A DNA stretch of 12,222 nucleotides from Amoeboradix gromovi X-113 (Eukaryota > Fungi > Sanchytriomycota). Below are positions 8,812 to 12,222 of the stretch, piece by piece (the first letter of the stretch is position 1; every line of letters begins with the position of its first letter). The stretch spans positions 1 through 12,222 of the forward strand of contig JADGIF010000268.1 of assembly GCA_018985225.1 (NCBI GenBank), read 5' to 3'. The translations under genes were made by a program, and so were the position numbers. Under the pieces are notes generated by a model. It searched no databases. It saw only the letters and a list, made by a program, of their open reading frames with translations, and had not been told where the DNA came from.

Positions 8812-9898
8812 GTAAATCAGATATTGCAATTTCGTTAAATAGATCTTTTCAATAGTTCTTTTTAAAATTATTTATTTTAATAAAAGAGGACATTCTTTCT
8901 TTTCAGCTATCATATGCTCCAGATCACCTTTGCCAGAGTATAACAGATTCAAAAATAATCTGGAGATTCAGAACACATTTTGCTAGAAAATCTATCCGAT
9001 GCTTATCTCCACATGAAAGAGATTTATCTACTGTTAGCAAGCCATATTTCCACATCTTCCTCAAAAATAATGATCTTCAATGAGGGCCTCATATAATAGA
9101 AAAAAGAAGATATTAAACTATAAGGTATCACTTCGTTAATGGACTTCCATGCATAAAATTCCTCTAGAAATTTACAGTGGCTACTTTAGGAGAAATTAAC
9201 AATATTTAGATAATTGAAACAATTGGGACATCAAATATAAAAACTAGACTAACTCTATGAGACAGCTTGAATCGTTATATTAAGTGTGTGTTAACCGATA
9301 GTAAATTAAATTAAATTAATCTTATTGGTTGCACCTTTGCTTAGGCACTCAGAGACCTTATTTGAAAGAGATAGTGGGTCATCTTGTTATATTTTAAAGA
9401 GAGGAATGTCATTAATGAAAGAAAATTGGTTTGAAAGAAGGACTTTTATTAATAATAGTATTTGCTCCTTATGGAGCACCTACTTTAAAGACGACTTGGT
9501 CTAGTTTTTATATTTGGTGTCCCAAATGCATCCATTTTCGATGCCGCTTCAAGTTAGTGAAAACATATGTGACAGAGCGGTTGGCTTTTGAAGTTTGTAT
9601 TTGGAATTCTTGATTCCCCGGAAACCACAAAATTAAGTTGGGAGACCGGTAACTAAGTAATAATCTTGTATTCCAAACACAATGCAAAGTTGGAGTAGAT
9701 ATCTACTAAACAGAGAGTAAATATTATTAAATAACCCATTTATCGAGAATGCGTCTATTTTTTATATAAATACTCTTCTTTCTATATGCTTCGAATCTGG
9801 AATAATGAGATAGTGTCGTTATTAATGAATGACAAGTAGTTTTAAACCTTGCAATCCTCAGTATTTAAGAACTAAAAATAACTAGTAGACACAGTATA

Positions 9899-10150
9899 CA
9901 CTCATCGACATTAAGAAACTGGTTCAATAATAAGAAAATTAGATGTCTTTCAACAATGTCACATTAAGCATTCAAAGAACGCTTGAGATTCAAGTGTAAA
10001 GACAGAAGATAGCTGAATTATTGAGGCATTTACTAGTCATACATGTACAAGGCGTGGTACTATAAAGAAAACTGAATTTGGAGAATTGTACGTATAAAGA
10101 TGTCTTATAAGTTGATAGAGATCATAGCAAGGATAATATGCATCAAATAT
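9899..10150 (+). pseudogene. Fanzor2/TnpB C-terminal fragment with multiple stops and frameshifts
   Basis: IRCLSTMSH*AFKERLRFKCKDRR*, then EAFTSHTCTRRG and VDRDH (DRD at 10114-10122) in shifted frames. Confidence 0.8.
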
Positions 10151-10161
10151 GGGTATCTAAT

Positions 10162-10267
10162 TCAATCCTGATTCAGTGTACTGAAAGCGTGAACAATCGC
10201 TGTAACGGGTTTACTATCATTGCTAGTTTCTCTGTGGAAATTCACGGAAATCGGGACTTTTAACGAG
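10162..10267 (+). ncRNA. Putative Fanzor omegaRNA scaffold, copy B (candidate guide 10268-10287)
   Basis: Conserved with 6023-6137. Stems: TTCAG-tgta-CTGAA (10172-10185), AGCG...CGCT (10186-10201), TCTGTGG-aaat-TCACGGA (10231-10248), and long-range TCCTGATT (10166-10173) with AATCGGGA (10249-10256). Confidence 0.7.
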
Positions 10268-10272
10268 TAGCT

Positions 10273-10757
10273 ATGTCTATTCAATATCTAATTACTAGAC
10301 AAATTGGGCTACAATTTGAAGAATCTAACAGAAGAGAGATTGTAGACGGAAAAGACTCATCATTCACAATGCCATTGATACAGCACTGTCATATTTTGCA
10401 TACTGTCTGGGATCACACTACTGGGAATGAAGCTTTCAGTATAGCGTTTTTGAAGGATGTTCATTTAAATTTGATGTCAGGCACAAATCAAAAGTACAAG
10501 GTTATTCGGGCTCATGTAGGAGCAGGGAATCATCAACTTATGGATCCTTGTGTTATGCTTTGGAATATCACACATTCGATCAAGAGAATAAACTCGGTTT
10601 CCTCTCTGGATCAAATAATGATAAACTTGAGAGAATATTTCTTGATTCATCCGTTTGTAAACGAAAATGGAAGGATTGATCGACTAGTACCCGACTAGTA
10701 CTCGACAGGTAGTCAGCTGGCAGTCTACTAGATGCTTTGACGATTAAATATTTGTAA
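10273..10757 (+). pseudogene. Fic (Fido) domain protein, degenerate and probably 5'-truncated
   Basis: LKDVHLNLM...IRAHVGAGNH...LIHPFVNENGRIDRL resembles the Fic core HPFx(D/E)GNGRxxR (motif at 10648-10674). An 11-nt-period tandem duplication at 10681-10701 shifts the frame right after the motif. Confidence 0.75.
10681..10701 (+). repeat. Tandem duplication of CGACTAGTAC (2 copies, period 11)
   Basis: 10681-10690 and 10692-10701 are identical. Confidence 0.9.
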
Positions 10758-10832
10758 ATATCCTATTCCATTGATTTCACAACAAGAGACCATTATATTC
10801 ATAGTGTAAGTAATTAAGCATCGTACCGCATC

Positions 10833-12222
10833 CTTGCTGCTCACTTCAATTGGAAAAGTGTTGGGACATGCCCTGCATTCCAAACAAATTGTGCTAATTC
10901 AGCCGACTTTGTAATACTTCAACTTTCTGAACACTTAAATACAGAGCCGCCATGTTCTAAATTTGTTTCTGCTCCTGATCTCTAAAATTTCGAAGCCGCT
11001 CTTTGACTATTTGACACCGGCTTAGTAAGTGCAGAGGTAGATGGAAAACATATTTGCAGTGACCAAAAACTCAAAATCGGAAGGATCACAAACAGCTGGA
11101 ATCAAGCACTCATGCTGGATTGATTTTATGAGACCCTGGCATGATGCGATTGTTATCAACATACTCGTGTTACTTCAATGAATGTACTTCCAACATCTAT
11201 CTCTAATCTAGCAGGTAGGATAAGATTATTTCATAACTGGAGCTTTTATATATTATTCTCGGACATTACAGGCTGCACAAATAGTACCACATTTCCAAAT
11301 CAAGACACCTCTGATAACCGGGCTGTGCAACTTTGCAACAAAGGGCCTTTGGTTGTCATGGGAATCTCTATTCTTATCATGAATGGTTGAAGGATAGAGA
11401 GCCCGGCCAGTATAAACGCAAACTGTTTGACTATAAAGGTCAGATGTGATTATTCTCAAATATCATCAATCATACAGAAATGATTGAAATCATTTGTAGA
11501 TCACAAGAGTATCGTAGAATTGCAGTGCAAAGTTTAAAACACAGGGCAAGCAAAGCGTTGTATCAGCCATGTGTTTGCAGCTGAGTGGAATGGAATCCCT
11601 GGACTAGATTGGTGCCGCTAAACTTGGTCAACTGAATAGATGATAAGCAATGTATATTCAAAAAGATTTCCATGCTGCCATAGCAACGGCTGGATAATCC
11701 TGCATAAATTTCTGCTATTTAGCAATTTCAAGATTGGGTCTAGTTTTCAAGCTAATATTCCAATCCAATGAAAACGTGTCAAAGTTGCTTGCATTTCTAA
11801 TTCCTGCAATATAAAGAGGACGTTAATGTATCAATACAAATGATGTTTGCTGCTTTTGCATATGCTGACTGCCAAGATTGACCGGCTGGAAGTTAAATCA
11901 AATGTCCATATCATCAAGCACTATTTGCGGAATTGATCACTCCAACGTATTGAATTGTGCCCGAATTGATGGCACGGCATACACGAAAAAATCGGGTAGT
12001 TTCAAGACAATCTCTATTACGGACAAAGGCAAGTCGGTACGAGCCTGTGGAGTTAGGCAAGATGATACGATTACATGCACATGGGATATTTCACCTGGTG
12101 CACCTAAATGGCTTCCAGTTGCTGTCCTAGAGAACACGACTCCAACTGCAATCGATATCTATACGGATAAGGAAACGGATGTGGATTCGTTTTGCTATGT
12201 CACATCTGATGGGCGCATTATT
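10833..12222 (+). pseudogene. Decayed gene with Cys-containing tectonin/beta-propeller-like repeats in its 3' part; runs off the window
   Basis: Frame 11869-12222 is open for 118 codons: LNQMSISSSTICGIDHSNVLNCA...SGSFKTISIT...RACGVRQDDTITCTWDISPGAPKW, a repeated (I/M)SI...CG(I/V).....C unit. Upstream, 10833-11390 is a coding-like frame with scattered stops; its link to the 3' part is uncertain. Confidence 0.45.

Larger units (their letters stand above)
9699..10267 (+). mobile_element. Decayed Fanzor2/TnpB-like element, copy B (left end not defined)
   Basis: Homologous to copy A. Matching peptide traces: YLLN, LNNPFIEN vs LNKSFIAN, CNPQY vs CNPEY, LIDIKKLVQ vs LINVEELIQ. Shares the conserved 3' end. 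Confidence 0.8.

Noticed and set aside
8830-9450. Possible left-end inverted repeats for copy B (TCGTTAA at about 8832 and 9133; GGACTTTTA at about 9440)
   Set aside because: Short matches with no counterpart at the equivalent position of copy A; the left end cannot be defined.
9694-9707. Perfect 14-bp palindrome AGTAGATATCTACT
   Set aside because: Only half is conserved in copy A; probably chance.
9965-9967. In-frame TAA/TAG in the relics as a sign of stop-codon reassignment
   Set aside because: The long genes have no internal TAA/TAG, TFC4 ends in TAA, and the relics also carry frameshifts.
11937-12137. 66-aa - strand ORF
   Set aside because: Antisense shadow of the open + frame 11869-12222.
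1-12222. CRISPR array or prokaryotic operon
   Set aside because: No regularly spaced repeats, and the genes are eukaryotic (TFIIIC subunit, spliceosomal intron).

Overview
AT-rich, gene-dense eukaryotic DNA in the standard genetic code; an early-diverging fungus or similar protist is inferred, not shown. The left part holds two intronless + strand genes: an ARM-like helical repeat plus SPRY protein, and the TFIIIC TPR subunit Tfc4/GTF3C3. The right part is an accessory zone. It carries a Kv-type K+ channel split by an apparent 19-nt GT-AG intron. Two decayed, divergently oriented copies of a Fanzor2/TnpB-like RNA-guided nuclease element flank the channel (about 6023-6775 on -, about 9699-10267 on +). 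Both copies keep a roughly 110-nt structured 3' end, about 80% identical by hand alignment, ending in GGACTTTTAACGAG and followed by largely different flanks, as expected for an omegaRNA scaffold plus guide. A Fic-domain pseudogene abuts the second element's end, a decayed tectonin/beta-propeller-like gene runs off the right edge, and an identical repeat of at least 77 bp lies just upstream of both the ARM-SPRY gene and the Kv gene.
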